64,000 nt of DNA, taken from Gemmatimonadales bacterium (GTDB lineage Bacteria > Gemmatimonadota > Gemmatimonadetes > Gemmatimonadales > GWC2-71-9). The notes below the pieces were generated by a model. That model was given only the letters and a program-made list of their open reading frames with translations, did no database searches and was not told where the DNA came from. Every line of letters starts with the position of its first letter. Positions within the stretch are counted from its first letter, which is position 1. The translations under genes were made by a program, and so were the position numbers. This document shows, piece by piece, positions 37,679 through 46,810 of the stretch. Location: positions 4,187-68,186 of the forward strand of contig JACDBX010000015.1 in assembly GCA_013694695.1 (NCBI GenBank). Reading direction: 5' to 3'.

Positions 37679-39058
37679 TCAGCCCTCCCCGTCACCGGGA
37701 TCCAGCGCAAGAATCGCCTCGCGCAGTGTCGCACGCTCGACCATCAGCGCGCGATACTCGACGGGACGGACCACGGAGAGCAGGACCCCCTTTCCCTCCC
37801 CGATGAACCGATCCAGGCGCTCCACCAGGCGCAGCCCCACGAAGCCCGCGCCTGGCGCGAGCACTGCCGCCGACCAGCCGGCTGCCGACCCGCCCATTCG
37901 CCCGACAACAAGGCCCACGATGAGCCAGGTGAGTGGGAAGAGCAAGGTCGCCATCACGATCTTGGCCGTCGCCTCGACATCGGAGCTGGTGCGCGTCGCT
38001 GACGCCGCGACGATGCCGATGAGCCGGTAGGCCGGGTAATGCATCACCAGACCTGCAGCGGCAACGGGAAGCACGATGATCACATACAGAAGCATCCGCA
38101 CGGTCGTCATCGCCGCGGCACCCGCCCCGGGCAGTTGGTAGTTGAAGGTTTCCGTGTCGAGTCCCGCGCGCGCGAGCTTCGTCTCGAACAGTGCAACCCG
38201 CTCGCCAACTCGCGCCAGTTCTGCCGGTCGAGTGGTGCGGATCCGTTGAAGGCTCGATACCAGCCGGCGGCGTAGGGCAAGCTGTTCGGCAAGCGGCAAC
38301 CGACTCCCGTCCGCGGCGTCACCCGAGGTCAGCAACAACTCAACACGCGAGGCGATCGTCATGGAATCGTGGCGGTCAGCCTGGAGCGTCACCCGGGCGA
38401 GAGCCTCCTCGAGCCGGTCGGTGAGGGCGCGAACCGCGCCCGGGTCCTGGTCTCCGGCCCTGCCAGTGTCGGCGGGGACGACTATCGGTTCGCCGACCGA
38501 GAGCAGCGCGCCGCTCCGGAAGGTCGACTTCGCAGTGTAAAAGAGCCCTGCGGGAACAATCCGGACATCGATCCCCGCCGACGCTGCACCCAGTGCGATC
38601 CGCGCCGCACCGGTCTTGAACGGATGGAGGTGCGGGTCGCTGTGGGAGGTGCCCTCCGGGAAGAGTGCAATGCAACGCTCGCTGGCCAGTGCCTGATGAA
38701 CCTGCGCGAACATTGCCTGGTTGCGGGAGACGTCGCCGCCGGGATCCTGGGGCCGCTCCACGGGGATGGCGCCGCTCGCCCGAACCAATTGGCCGAGCAC
38801 GGGAAGGCGGAAGAGAGGCGCCTTGGCGAGGAACACCACCGGGCGCGGCGAAAGGGCAAGCACCAGCATCGGATCGACGAGGGCGTTGGGATGGTTGAGT
38901 ACCAGCAGCGTCGCGCCGGCTGGCGGGACCCGCTCGGCACCGATGACCTCGAGTCGACGGAAGAAGAGCCGAAGGACGAACCTCGTGAGCGCGCGGCCGA
39001 TCGTTGTCTCCCCGGTGGTGGTCAGCGGAACAATATCCCCGCCTGCGCTGTGCGGCAC
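37679..39058 (-). CDS. PlsC-family acyltransferase with C-terminal multi-TM extension
   Basis: NHPNALVD (HX4D), FPEGTSH. C-terminal hydrophobic segments. No ATG is suitably placed. GTG at 39058 is the most upstream in-frame start codon that does not overlap the + strand gene at 39161. Confidence 0.65.
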   Translation of the reverse strand: MPHSAGGDIVPLTTTGETTIGRALTRFVLRLFFRRLEVIGAERVPPAGATLLVLNHPNALVDPMLVLALSPRPVVFLAKAPLFRLPVLGQLVRASGAIPVERPQDPGGDVSRNQAMFAQVHQALASERCIALFPEGTSHSDPHLHPFKTGAARIALGAASAGIDVRIVPAGLFYTAKSTFRSGALLSVGEPIVVPADTGRAGDQDPGAVRALTDRLEEALARVTLQADRHDSMTIASRVELLLTSGDAADGSRLPLAEQLALRRRLVSSLQRIRTTRPAELARVGERVALFETKLARAGLDTETFNYQLPGAGAAAMTTVRMLLYVIIVLPVAAAGLVMHYPAYRLIGIVAASATRTSSDVEATAKIVMATLLFPLTWLIVGLVVGRMGGSAAGWSAAVLAPGAGFVGLRLVERLDRFIGEGKGVLLSVVRPVEYRALMVERATLREAILALDPGDGEG

Positions 39059-39160
39059 TCGCTGGGGCAGAACGTCTGAAGGTCGAGCGGGCGGATCCCG
39101 CCCGGTTCGACGCGCCGTACCCCGCCGGACGTCCCGGCCCCGACATAGAGGAGTGTTCAA

Positions 39161-39736
39161 ATGGCACGCACCAGCCAGGATGCAATCCACAGCTACGTGA
39201 CGGACATGCTCGCGCTCGAGGATCACATCGAGAAGGCGATCATGACACAGGTCGAAGATTTCGAGGATGATTACCCCGCGGTGGGTTCGGCCCTCCGGGA
39301 GATGCACCGCACGATCGAGCGCCACATCACTTCGCTCCGGGGCCTCGAGGATCTTCGCGATTCCGGTCCGCGCCTCGACGTGGCAGACTTCATCAAGCGC
39401 GCAGCATCGACGGTGGCCGGGCTGGGCGCCGCGGCGATCGACCTCGTCCGCACCGAGAAGCTGCCGAAGAACCTGCGCGATGATTACACCGCCTTCTCGC
39501 TGGCGACCATCGGCTATGTCATGCTGCACACCACGGCGCGGTCGCTGGGTGACGCCCGCGTTGCCGCCGTCGCCGAGAGCCACCTGACCGATTACGCTGG
39601 CATGGTGATGTCGCTCAACGACCTGATTCCCAGCACCGTCGTGACGCTGCTGAAGGAAGAAGGCCTCCCCGCCCGCGACGAGACCTTGGCGGATATCGAG
39701 CAAACGATCCGCAACGCGTGGCGTCAGAAAGCCTGA
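39161..39736 (+). CDS. hypothetical four-helix-bundle protein (DUF892/ferritin-like?)
   Basis: GAGGAG sits 8 nt before the ATG. Helical, acidic sequence. The family call is tentative. Confidence 0.45.
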   Translation: MARTSQDAIHSYVTDMLALEDHIEKAIMTQVEDFEDDYPAVGSALREMHRTIERHITSLRGLEDLRDSGPRLDVADFIKRAASTVAGLGAAAIDLVRTEKLPKNLRDDYTAFSLATIGYVMLHTTARSLGDARVAAVAESHLTDYAGMVMSLNDLIPSTVVTLLKEEGLPARDETLADIEQTIRNAWRQKA

Positions 39737-39759
39737 AGCGGCGTCGGCGCGACCCGTTC

Positions 39760-40779
39760 ATGGCGCCACGCGATGCGGCACGAGCCGCGTCGCTGCGCCA
39801 TGTTACGGACGTGCGGGACGGCATCACGCGTCGACGAGCGGGAAAGGGGTTCAGCTACCGGGATCCCGCGGGCACGCGAATCGCCGATCGCGACACCCTG
39901 ACCCGGATTCGCGCACTGGCGATCCCGCCGGCGTGGGCAGACGTCTGGATCTGCCCGTCGGCAACCGGGCACCTGCAGGCCACCGGTCGGGACGCGCGTG
40001 GCCGCAAGCAGTACCGATACCACGCTGATTGGAATCGCGTGCGGGGCGAGACGAAATACGAACGCATGGTCGCTTTCGGCGCCGCCCTCCCCAGAATCCG
40101 CCGGACCGTGGATGCACACCTCGCCTTGCGGGGAATACCGCGCGAGAGGGTGCTTGCCGTGGTGGTCCGACTGCTCGAGACCACTCTCATTCGTGTCGGA
40201 AACGAGGAGTATGCCCGCACGAACAAGTCGTTCGGCCTCACCACCCTGCTCGATCGGCACGCCGATGTTCGGGGCGGGCGCCTGCGCCTCGCGTTCAAGG
40301 GCAAGAGTGGCGTTCGCCACACGGTGGAGGTCAACGACCTGCGACTCGCCGGTCTTGTCGTGAAGTGTCGTGAACTCCCCGGGCAGGACCTCTTCCAATT
40401 CATCGACGACGACGGCGCGCCGCAGCCGATCACCTCAACCGACGTGAACGAATACCTGCGCGACGTGGCGGGCGACGACTTTACGGCAAAGGACTTCCGC
40501 ACGTGGGCCGGTACGCTGCTGGCAGCAAGACACCTGACCGAGATCGATGCGCCGTCGAAGCCTCGCCTCATCGAGGCGGTAGCCACCGTGGCCGGCAAAC
40601 TCGGCAACACGCCCTCGGTGTGCCGCCGTTGCTACATCCATCCCGCCGTTCTCGACGCGTACGAGGAACCGCAGGCACTCAAGCGGTGGTACGATGCCCA
40701 GTCGGGTCGTGCCCCCCGGGGGCTGCAAGCCGAGGAGTCCGCGCTGCTCCGTTACCTGGCTGCCTCGCCGGACAAGTAG
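39760..40779 (+). CDS. DNA topoisomerase IB (poxvirus-like bacterial type)
   Basis: ITRRRAGKGFSYRDP, LAIPPAWADVWICP, LQATGRDARGRKQYRYH, FRTWAGT, and the catalytic-Tyr region SVCRRCYIHPAV. ATG 39718 is an alternative start. Confidence 0.85.
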   Translation: MAPRDAARAASLRHVTDVRDGITRRRAGKGFSYRDPAGTRIADRDTLTRIRALAIPPAWADVWICPSATGHLQATGRDARGRKQYRYHADWNRVRGETKYERMVAFGAALPRIRRTVDAHLALRGIPRERVLAVVVRLLETTLIRVGNEEYARTNKSFGLTTLLDRHADVRGGRLRLAFKGKSGVRHTVEVNDLRLAGLVVKCRELPGQDLFQFIDDDGAPQPITSTDVNEYLRDVAGDDFTAKDFRTWAGTLLAARHLTEIDAPSKPRLIEAVATVAGKLGNTPSVCRRCYIHPAVLDAYEEPQALKRWYDAQSGRAPRGLQAEESALLRYLAASPDK

Positions 40780-40795
40780 CAGGACCTCGTGGTGA

Positions 40796-41458
40796 TCAGC
40801 CCGGGGTGAGTTCTGTCGTGGCGGGACGGTCGATCGCCGAGGCCCATGAGGCCTGCACCTCTCCGGGGCCACTGGCGTGAAACCCGAGGTCACGCAACAG
40901 GCCGTCGCGGAGTGCGTACACCGCCCCATGCACGGCGAGCTTTCGACCCCGTGACCACGCCGCCTGCACAATGGACGTGCGGCAGACGTTCACCGCCTGC
41001 TCGATCACGTTCAGTTCACACAGCCGATCGGGCACCGCGGCGTCGGGCACCGCATCGAGCCGGGCGCGATGGACATCGGCGACATCCTGGATGTGGCGCA
41101 ACCAGTTGTCCACCAGCCCGAGCGGCTCGCCTCGCAGCGCCGCGGTGATGCCGCCGCAGCCGTAGTGCCCCACCACCAGCACATGCTCGACACCGAGTAC
41201 GTCGACCGCGAACTGGAGCACCGACAGGCAGTTGAGGTCCGTGTGAACCATGAGGTTGGCGACATTCCGGTGCACGAACAGTTCGCCGGGCTGGAGGCCA
41301 ACGATCTCGTTGGCCGGCACTCGTGAATCGGCGCAGCCGATCCACAGGAACCGGGGGGCCTGTTGTCCGGCAAGTGCCGAAAAGAACTCCGGGTCGCGTG
41401 CGGTACGGGCCGCCGCCCACGCGCGGTTCTTGGCAAAAAGTTCGTCGAGAGACGTCAT
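40796..41458 (-). CDS. beta-class carbonic anhydrase
   Basis: Start MTSLDELFAKNRAW (Met34). CADSRVP, VVGHYGCGG. Confidence 0.9.
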   Translation of the reverse strand: MTSLDELFAKNRAWAAARTARDPEFFSALAGQQAPRFLWIGCADSRVPANEIVGLQPGELFVHRNVANLMVHTDLNCLSVLQFAVDVLGVEHVLVVGHYGCGGITAALRGEPLGLVDNWLRHIQDVADVHRARLDAVPDAAVPDRLCELNVIEQAVNVCRTSIVQAAWSRGRKLAVHGAVYALRDGLLRDLGFHASGPGEVQASWASAIDRPATTELTPG

Positions 41459-41592
41459 CGCTTCAGTCCTGGGAGCACGGCACCCCCGCCGATGAGAGTG
41501 ATCGCCAGCAGACCCATGACGCCCCGTTGGCGAGGGCGGCAAGCTCAAGAAAGCCAATCAAGCCGATCTTGGCGAATATTGCGGTGAGCGAA

Positions 41593-41982
41593 TCACGCGG
41601 CCATTCCCCGTTTGCGGGCGACAAGCGCGCCACCTGCCGTAGCCGCTGCGATCCGGCCGAGCGCGGCCGCGATGAACACCGGATCAGTCGGCATCGCTGC
41701 TACGACGAGCATCGCACCCTCGAGGGCGCCGGCGAACAATCCGGTGAGGAACCCGTGCATGACCGCCGCCGAAGGCACCGGGCGCGCGACCCACCACCCT
41801 GCCCCCAGTCCGAACACCAGCCCGCCGGCCACCGCCACGATGCGCCCAGCCGACCCGGCGAATGCGGTCGCCGAGGGCTTGTCGGTCGGACCAAACCATG
41901 CCGTCACCACCGAGAGAATCGCGATCGGGAGCAACTCGATGAGGAAGGCACCGAGCAGCACACGGCGCAGACGAATGGTCAT
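41593..41982 (-). CDS. hypothetical small membrane protein (4 TM)
   Basis: Internal start MTIRLRRVLLGAFLIELLP. 129 aa, hydrophobic and Gly/Ala-rich. Confidence 0.4.
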   Translation of the reverse strand: MTIRLRRVLLGAFLIELLPIAILSVVTAWFGPTDKPSATAFAGSAGRIVAVAGGLVFGLGAGWWVARPVPSAAVMHGFLTGLFAGALEGAMLVVAAMPTDPVFIAAALGRIAAATAGGALVARKRGMAA

Positions 41983-42157
41983 GAACGGCTCTGAGGAAAA
42001 GGAGGTGGTGGCGGCGATGGGGAACCGCTGCCGCCGGCCGGGAGTTATCGGGTCGCTCACTCGCCAGCACCTGTTCGGCATCTCCCTCAAGATTCGCCGC
42101 TTCGATGCCGATCCTTCAGGGAAATTCCCCATCCATGACCGCTTCGCAAGGATAGCC

Positions 42158-43507
42158 ATGATCAAGCGTTTCCTGCTTGCCCTGATGCCCCTCGTCGCCG
42201 TGATCGCGTGCGACGACCCCGCGGCATCCGTGAGCGACCAAACCACATTTGTTGACACCAGGGCACAGGCTGCCGGAACGTCTGTACGCCTCGACATCAC
42301 GCCGGGCTCGATTTTCGTGTCGGTGGATTCCGGCACATCTGCTCCCGGGGCTGCTGCATCAGTCTCATTGAGCGGCAAGCAGGCATCGAGGCAATCCTGG
42401 ACCGCCACCGCCCGGAAGTCGTGGACGGTTTTCGTCACCTCATCGGGCAAGGGAACCGGCACGGTCCGTTGGAATCGCAACGTGGCGGCGCTCCCGGCCG
42501 GGCTCTACGTCGATACGATCACGATTGCCGCAGGATCGGTCTCAGGATCCCCGGCTCGTGTGATCGACTCGGTGCGAATCGTGGCGGCCGTCATCGTGCC
42601 GCCACCCCCGCCGCCGCCACCTCCTCCACCGCCTCCGCCGACCGGCGCACGCCCTGATCTCGGTGTGAACGCGAGCCTGCGCGGTCGCCAGGTGCTGCCC
42701 GCGACCGATCCGTGGAACACGCCGGTGGACGGATCCCCGGTCGACCCGAACTCGCTGGCGATTCTGACCATGATCGGGCTGACGAAGAACCTCCATCCCG
42801 ACTTCGGGGCGAGCTGGAATGGTGGTCCGTTCGGCATCCCCTACATCGTCGTGCCTGACGACCAACCCCGCGTCCCGGTGAGCTTCATGTACGCCGACGA
42901 GAGCGACGTGGGCCCGTACCCGATCCCGCCCAACCCTCCGATCGAGCCAGGGAGCGACCGTCACCTCCTGATGATCACGCGCGATGAGTTCCGGCTCTTC
43001 GAGCTGTTCGACCTGCAGGGTGGACCGTCCTGGAACGCCGGATCCGGCGCGATCTTCGACTTGATCAATGGCACCACCCGGCCGGCGGGGTGGACGTCAG
43101 CCGATGCAGCGGGCCTCCCGATCTTTCCGGGCCTGGTGCGCTACGACGAGGTGGTCGAGCAGGGCGCGATCAATCATGCGCTCCGGTTCACCGTCACCCG
43201 GAGTCGCCGCGCGTACCTGCCGCCGGCTCGGCACTGGGCAAGCTCGAACACCGATCCGCTGCTGGCGCCGATGGGAATGCGGGTGCGCCTGAAGGCGTCG
43301 TACAACATTTCCGGTTTCCCGGCCCAGGCGCAGGTGATCCTGCGCGCGCTGCAGCGCTACGGAATGATGGTTGCCGACAACGGCGGTGACTTCTTCCTCA
43401 GCGGCACCGCCGACGCGCGGTGGAACGATGCCGTGATCTCGACGCTCAAGCAGGTGAAGGTATCGGATTTCGAAGTGATCCAGATGACGGGCATCGTCAC
43501 GCCCTGA
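42158..43507 (+). CDS. hypothetical lipoprotein: Ig-like N-domain, Pro14 linker, uncharacterised C-domain of about 290 aa
   Basis: ATG at 42158. Lipobox LVAVIAC. Linker at 42599-42640. C-domain contains INHALRFTV and PARHWASS. No family recognised. Confidence 0.6.
   Translation: MIKRFLLALMPLVAVIACDDPAASVSDQTTFVDTRAQAAGTSVRLDITPGSIFVSVDSGTSAPGAAASVSLSGKQASRQSWTATARKSWTVFVTSSGKGTGTVRWNRNVAALPAGLYVDTITIAAGSVSGSPARVIDSVRIVAAVIVPPPPPPPPPPPPPPTGARPDLGVNASLRGRQVLPATDPWNTPVDGSPVDPNSLAILTMIGLTKNLHPDFGASWNGGPFGIPYIVVPDDQPRVPVSFMYADESDVGPYPIPPNPPIEPGSDRHLLMITRDEFRLFELFDLQGGPSWNAGSGAIFDLINGTTRPAGWTSADAAGLPIFPGLVRYDEVVEQGAINHALRFTVTRSRRAYLPPARHWASSNTDPLLAPMGMRVRLKASYNISGFPAQAQVILRALQRYGMMVADNGGDFFLSGTADARWNDAVISTLKQVKVSDFEVIQMTGIVTP
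42599..42640 (+). repeat. 14 consecutive proline codons (CCN)14
   Basis: Counted codon by codon, in frame with the lipoprotein gene. Confidence 0.95.
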
Positions 43508-43526
43508 TCCGTCGCCCCGTGAGAAG

Positions 43527-43571
43527 CGATCGCCGGTCACCCCGCAATGGGCCGACCGGCGATCGTGTTTT
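43527..43571 (+). terminator. rho-independent terminator
   Basis: CGATCGCCGGTC-N15-GACCGGCGATCG followed by TGTTTT. Confidence 0.6.
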
Positions 43572-43602
43572 CATCGAAGGGCAATGAACCGCTTGCTCAG
43601 CC

Positions 43603-44028
43603 CTATCCCACCAGCGTCGCCTTCACCGTCATGGGGACGCTCGCCAGCGCCTTGGAGACGATGCAGTTCGTCTTGATGTCCTCGGCGATCCGCGCGAACT
43701 CCTCCGCCGAGATTCCGGGTACATCGCCATGGGTAGCCAGGTCGATGGAGGTGATCTGGAATCCCTCGCCAACCATTCCGAGCCGAACGACCGCATCGGT
43801 CTCGACGTGATTCGCCTCGTGCCCGGCTTTCGCCAGGGCGGAGGCGAACGCCATGGAAAAGCATGCTGCGTGCGCCGCCCCGAGCAGCTCCTCGGGATTT
43901 GTTCCGGACGCCGACTCGAAGCGGGTGCCGAATGAATATTCCCCCTCGAATGAACCGCTGCCGAGGCGAACGTTGCCCGTCCCGGACTTGAGGTCACCGT
44001 TCCACCGTGCTGTTGCCTTCCGATCCAT
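43603..44028 (-). CDS. osmC: OsmC-family peroxiredoxin
   Basis: 141 aa. NPEELLGAAHAACFSMA and CIVSKAL (the two conserved Cys). Confidence 0.85.
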   Translation of the reverse strand: MDRKATARWNGDLKSGTGNVRLGSGSFEGEYSFGTRFESASGTNPEELLGAAHAACFSMAFASALAKAGHEANHVETDAVVRLGMVGEGFQITSIDLATHGDVPGISAEEFARIAEDIKTNCIVSKALASVPMTVKATLVG

Positions 44029-44049
44029 GTTGCCTGCTCCCTGTCTGTG

Positions 44050-44069
44050 GGGAAGTCCTGCGACTTCCC
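44050..44069 (-). terminator. hairpin terminator
   Basis: GGGAAGTC-CTGC-GACTTCCC, just downstream of the HerA-like gene. Confidence 0.5.
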
Positions 44070-44088
44070 GTGATGTGCAGCGGCCGCG

Positions 44089-45624
44089 TTATCGCCGGCG
44101 CCGGCGGACCGTGGTACCGAGCAGCGCACCCATGATCCCGCGTGCGACGACTCCCACCACGGTGCGGGCCATCGATGATTTGAGCACCTTGTCGAGCGTT
44201 GACGGTGGCGCCTTGGTGGCCCGACCACGTGCGGTGGACTGCGCCACCACCGGCGCTTCTGCGGCGGCACTTGCAGCGCGTTCCGCCAGGATCTCGCGCG
44301 CACTTTCACGATCGATTGCGCGCGCATACTCGCTCACCTGTGCCGACCGCCCCAGCGCCACCTGCAATTCCGTTTCGGTGAGGGGGCTCATCCGACCGCG
44401 CGGCGGGACCATCATCGTCGCAAATGGCGGGGTCGGCGTGCCCTTGGGCGTCAGCACAGTGACGAGCGCCTGACCCGTTCCCAATGACGTGAGCTCCCGT
44501 TCGATCTCGTAGAACGGGGTCCGCGGGAACGTGCGCGCCGCGGCTCGCATCGCCTTTTCGTCATCTGGCGTGAAGGCACGCAGCGCATGCTGCACACGGT
44601 TCCCGAGCTGTCCAAGAATGTCCGCCGGTATGTCCTTCGGACTCTGGGTCACGAAGAAGACCCCGACCCCCTTGGATCGCACCAGGCGCACCACCTGTTC
44701 GACCTGGTCCCGGAATGCCTTGCTCGAACCGTCGAAGAGCAGGTGTGCCTCGTCAAGGAAGAACACCAGCTTCGGCTGGGCCAGGTCGCCCACCTCGGGC
44801 AGCGTGTTGTACAGCCGTGCCAGCATCCACATCATGAACGTGGAGAACAGTGCCGGCTTGTCCTGCGTGTCCGACAACTCGAGCATGCTGATGACGCCGC
44901 GCCCGTCACGGTCGACGTGCAACAGGTCGCCGAGGTCGAACTCGGGCTCCCCGAAGAACGCGCCGGCACCCTGTTCTTCCAGCTCCACCATCTCCCGCAA
45001 TAGCACGCCGACGGTCTGTTTCGACATTCCCCCGTAGCTGGCCAGCTCCCCCGCGCCGTCCTGCACGAGGTACTGGAGCACCGACCGCAGGTCCTCGAAG
45101 TCAAGCAGCAGCAATCCCTTATCGTCGCAGTACTTGAACACCAGCGTGAGGACGCTGGTCTGGGTGTCGTTCAGGCCAAGCACCTTCGAGAGGAGGAGCG
45201 GGCCGAACGACGAGACGGTGGCACGGAGCTGTGCACCCTGTCGTCCGGTGAGGCTGAGGAACTCGACCGGAAAAGCCGTCGGCTCCCACGCGTACCCAGT
45301 CGCCTGCACCCGTTCGTCGACCTTCGGATGCCCTGCCCCGGGAGCGGCCACACCCGACACGTCGCCCTTCACGTCGGCCAGGAATACCGGAACGCCCGCC
45401 GCTGAAAGTTGCTCGGCGATGAGTTGGAGGGTCTTCGTCTTTCCGGTGCCCGTGGCTCCCGCGATGAGTCCGTGCCGATTCATCATCGACAGCGGCAGCG
45501 TCACCAGTGGCTCCGGGTGTGTCTCGCCCTCGTGTATCACGCCACCGAGCACGATTCCCGGACCATTGCGCCCGAATGCGTCGCGCGCGGCGTCGATCAC
45601 GTCCTGGTTCATGCGGTAGGCCAT
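44089..45624 (-). CDS. HerA-like ATPase, DUF853 (YjgR-like)
   Basis: Start MAYRMNQ (Met21). Walker A GATGTGKTKT, Walker B VFFLDEAHLLF. Confidence 0.75.
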   Translation of the reverse strand: MAYRMNQDVIDAARDAFGRNGPGIVLGGVIHEGETHPEPLVTLPLSMMNRHGLIAGATGTGKTKTLQLIAEQLSAAGVPVFLADVKGDVSGVAAPGAGHPKVDERVQATGYAWEPTAFPVEFLSLTGRQGAQLRATVSSFGPLLLSKVLGLNDTQTSVLTLVFKYCDDKGLLLLDFEDLRSVLQYLVQDGAGELASYGGMSKQTVGVLLREMVELEEQGAGAFFGEPEFDLGDLLHVDRDGRGVISMLELSDTQDKPALFSTFMMWMLARLYNTLPEVGDLAQPKLVFFLDEAHLLFDGSSKAFRDQVEQVVRLVRSKGVGVFFVTQSPKDIPADILGQLGNRVQHALRAFTPDDEKAMRAAARTFPRTPFYEIERELTSLGTGQALVTVLTPKGTPTPPFATMMVPPRGRMSPLTETELQVALGRSAQVSEYARAIDRESAREILAERAASAAAEAPVVAQSTARGRATKAPPSTLDKVLKSSMARTVVGVVARGIMGALLGTTVRRRRR

Positions 45625-45688
45625 TCCGAGCGGAGGTTTGAAGGCGAACCGCGGAAGAAAGCACCAACTAAGCCGTCTCGCCAACGCA

Positions 45689-45719
45689 AACCGGCCCCGC
45701 TCGACGAACGGGGCCGGTT
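45689..45719 (-). terminator. hairpin terminator
   Basis: AACCGGCCCCG-N9-CGGGGCCGGTT after the OmpA-family gene. Confidence 0.6.
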
Positions 45720-45741
45720 GGTTGCGCGGAATCCGCCTGGA

Positions 45742-46413
45742 CTAGCGGTTGCCAGCCTGCCTGGCGGCCTCAGCGCGTGCTGCTTCGCTGGCGTAGATCG
45801 CGATTTCCACCCGGCGATTGGCCTGACGGCCTGCATCGTTGTCGTTCGGCGAGACGGGCTCCGATTCGCCGAGGCCCATTGTCCGGAGACGCGACCGGGC
45901 GACGCCCTGCGTCACGAGGTAATTCGCGGCGGCGGCGGCGCGACGCTCCGAGAGGCCGAGATTGTACGAGTCCGCACCCCGGTCATCGGTGTGGCCAACG
46001 ATGAGCAGGTCGGAGTCGGCGTAGCTGCCGAGGCTGCCGGCCAACGTGCGGAGGTTTTCCTGCGCCGCGGATCGCACGGCGTCGGAGTCATAGTCGAACA
46101 GCAGCCCGGAGTCGAAAGTCACCTGGATCCCTTCGCCAACACGTTCGACCCTCGCGCCACGAATGTTCTGCTCCAACTCCTTCGCCTGCTTGTCCATCTT
46201 GGCACCGATGATCGCACCGGCCGTTCCGCCAACCACGGCACCAATGATCGCGCCCTTGGCCGTCGACCCGGACGCCTTGCCGATGGCCCCGCCGACCACG
46301 GCACCGCCGGCAGCCCCGATCACTGCGCCGGTCTGGGTCTTGGTCGCACAGCCGGCGGTTGCCAGCATGGCGACCATGAGTGAAGCCGTTAGCGCGTGAT
46401 GATGTGTGCTCAC
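45742..46413 (-). CDS. OmpA-family lipoprotein with glycine-zipper region
   Basis: GTG 46413 preceded by AGAGGTG. Lipobox MLATAGC. GAVIGAAGGAVVGGAIG. OmpA_C domain IVGHTDDRGADSYNLGLSERRA...NRRVEI. Confidence 0.75.
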   Translation of the reverse strand: MSTHHHALTASLMVAMLATAGCATKTQTGAVIGAAGGAVVGGAIGKASGSTAKGAIIGAVVGGTAGAIIGAKMDKQAKELEQNIRGARVERVGEGIQVTFDSGLLFDYDSDAVRSAAQENLRTLAGSLGSYADSDLLIVGHTDDRGADSYNLGLSERRAAAAANYLVTQGVARSRLRTMGLGESEPVSPNDNDAGRQANRRVEIAIYASEAARAEAARQAGNR

Positions 46414-46509
46414 GAAACACCTCTTGTGATGCGGGAATCCTGCCGTACCCTGACACCTGATTGGACGATCGGACCCACTGTCGGTGCACACTCCGCCCGC
46501 AGGGCAGGG

Positions 46510-46538
46510 TTGACTGCCCCGGCGTGGCTCGGTACAGT
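46510..46538 (+). promoter_or_regulatory. putative promoter (TTGACT-N17-TACAGT) for the riboswitch-btuB transcript
   Basis: Read directly. The spacer counts to 17 nt. Confidence 0.45.
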
Positions 46539-46544
46539 AGCCAC

Positions 46545-46730
46545 CGCAGCACACAATCGATCCACGCGGGTGGGCCATCTCGGAAGCCGGTGTAATTCCG
46601 GCGCGGCCCCGCCACTGTAAGAGGCCCGAGTTCACTCGGCGTTGTCCGCTCCATCTGCCACTGGGACTCCATTCCCGGGAAGGCGAGCGGTGCAGCCTCG
46701 CAGCCAGGAGACCTGACCACCCGCGCATCA
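46545..46730 (+). promoter_or_regulatory. cobalamin (B12) riboswitch
   Basis: GGAAGCCGGTGTAATTCCGGCGCGGCCCCGCCACTGTAA, GCCACTGGGA...CCCGGGAAGGC, and the B12 box AGCCAGGAGACCTGACC (46702-46718). The closing helix pairs CGCGGGTGG (46565-46573) with CCACCCGCG (46717-46725). It is upstream of a TonB-dependent receptor. Confidence 0.85.
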
Positions 46731-46810
46731 CGTTCCGAGCGGCGACACCCCGTCGCCAGCCCGCGGCGTGTCCCATCAGGGGTGACGGCGGTCACCCGGA
46801 CGAGGAACAG

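Noticed and set aside
39059-39703. 5' extension of the 674-aa ORF containing the acyltransferase
   Set aside because: It overlaps the SD-preceded + strand gene at 39161-39736, and no acyltransferase homology lies in that part. Start reassigned to GTG 39058.
41612-42157. 5' extension of the 631-aa + ORF (lipoprotein)
   Set aside because: It is antisense to the small membrane-protein gene. The lipoprotein signal peptide begins at ATG 42158.
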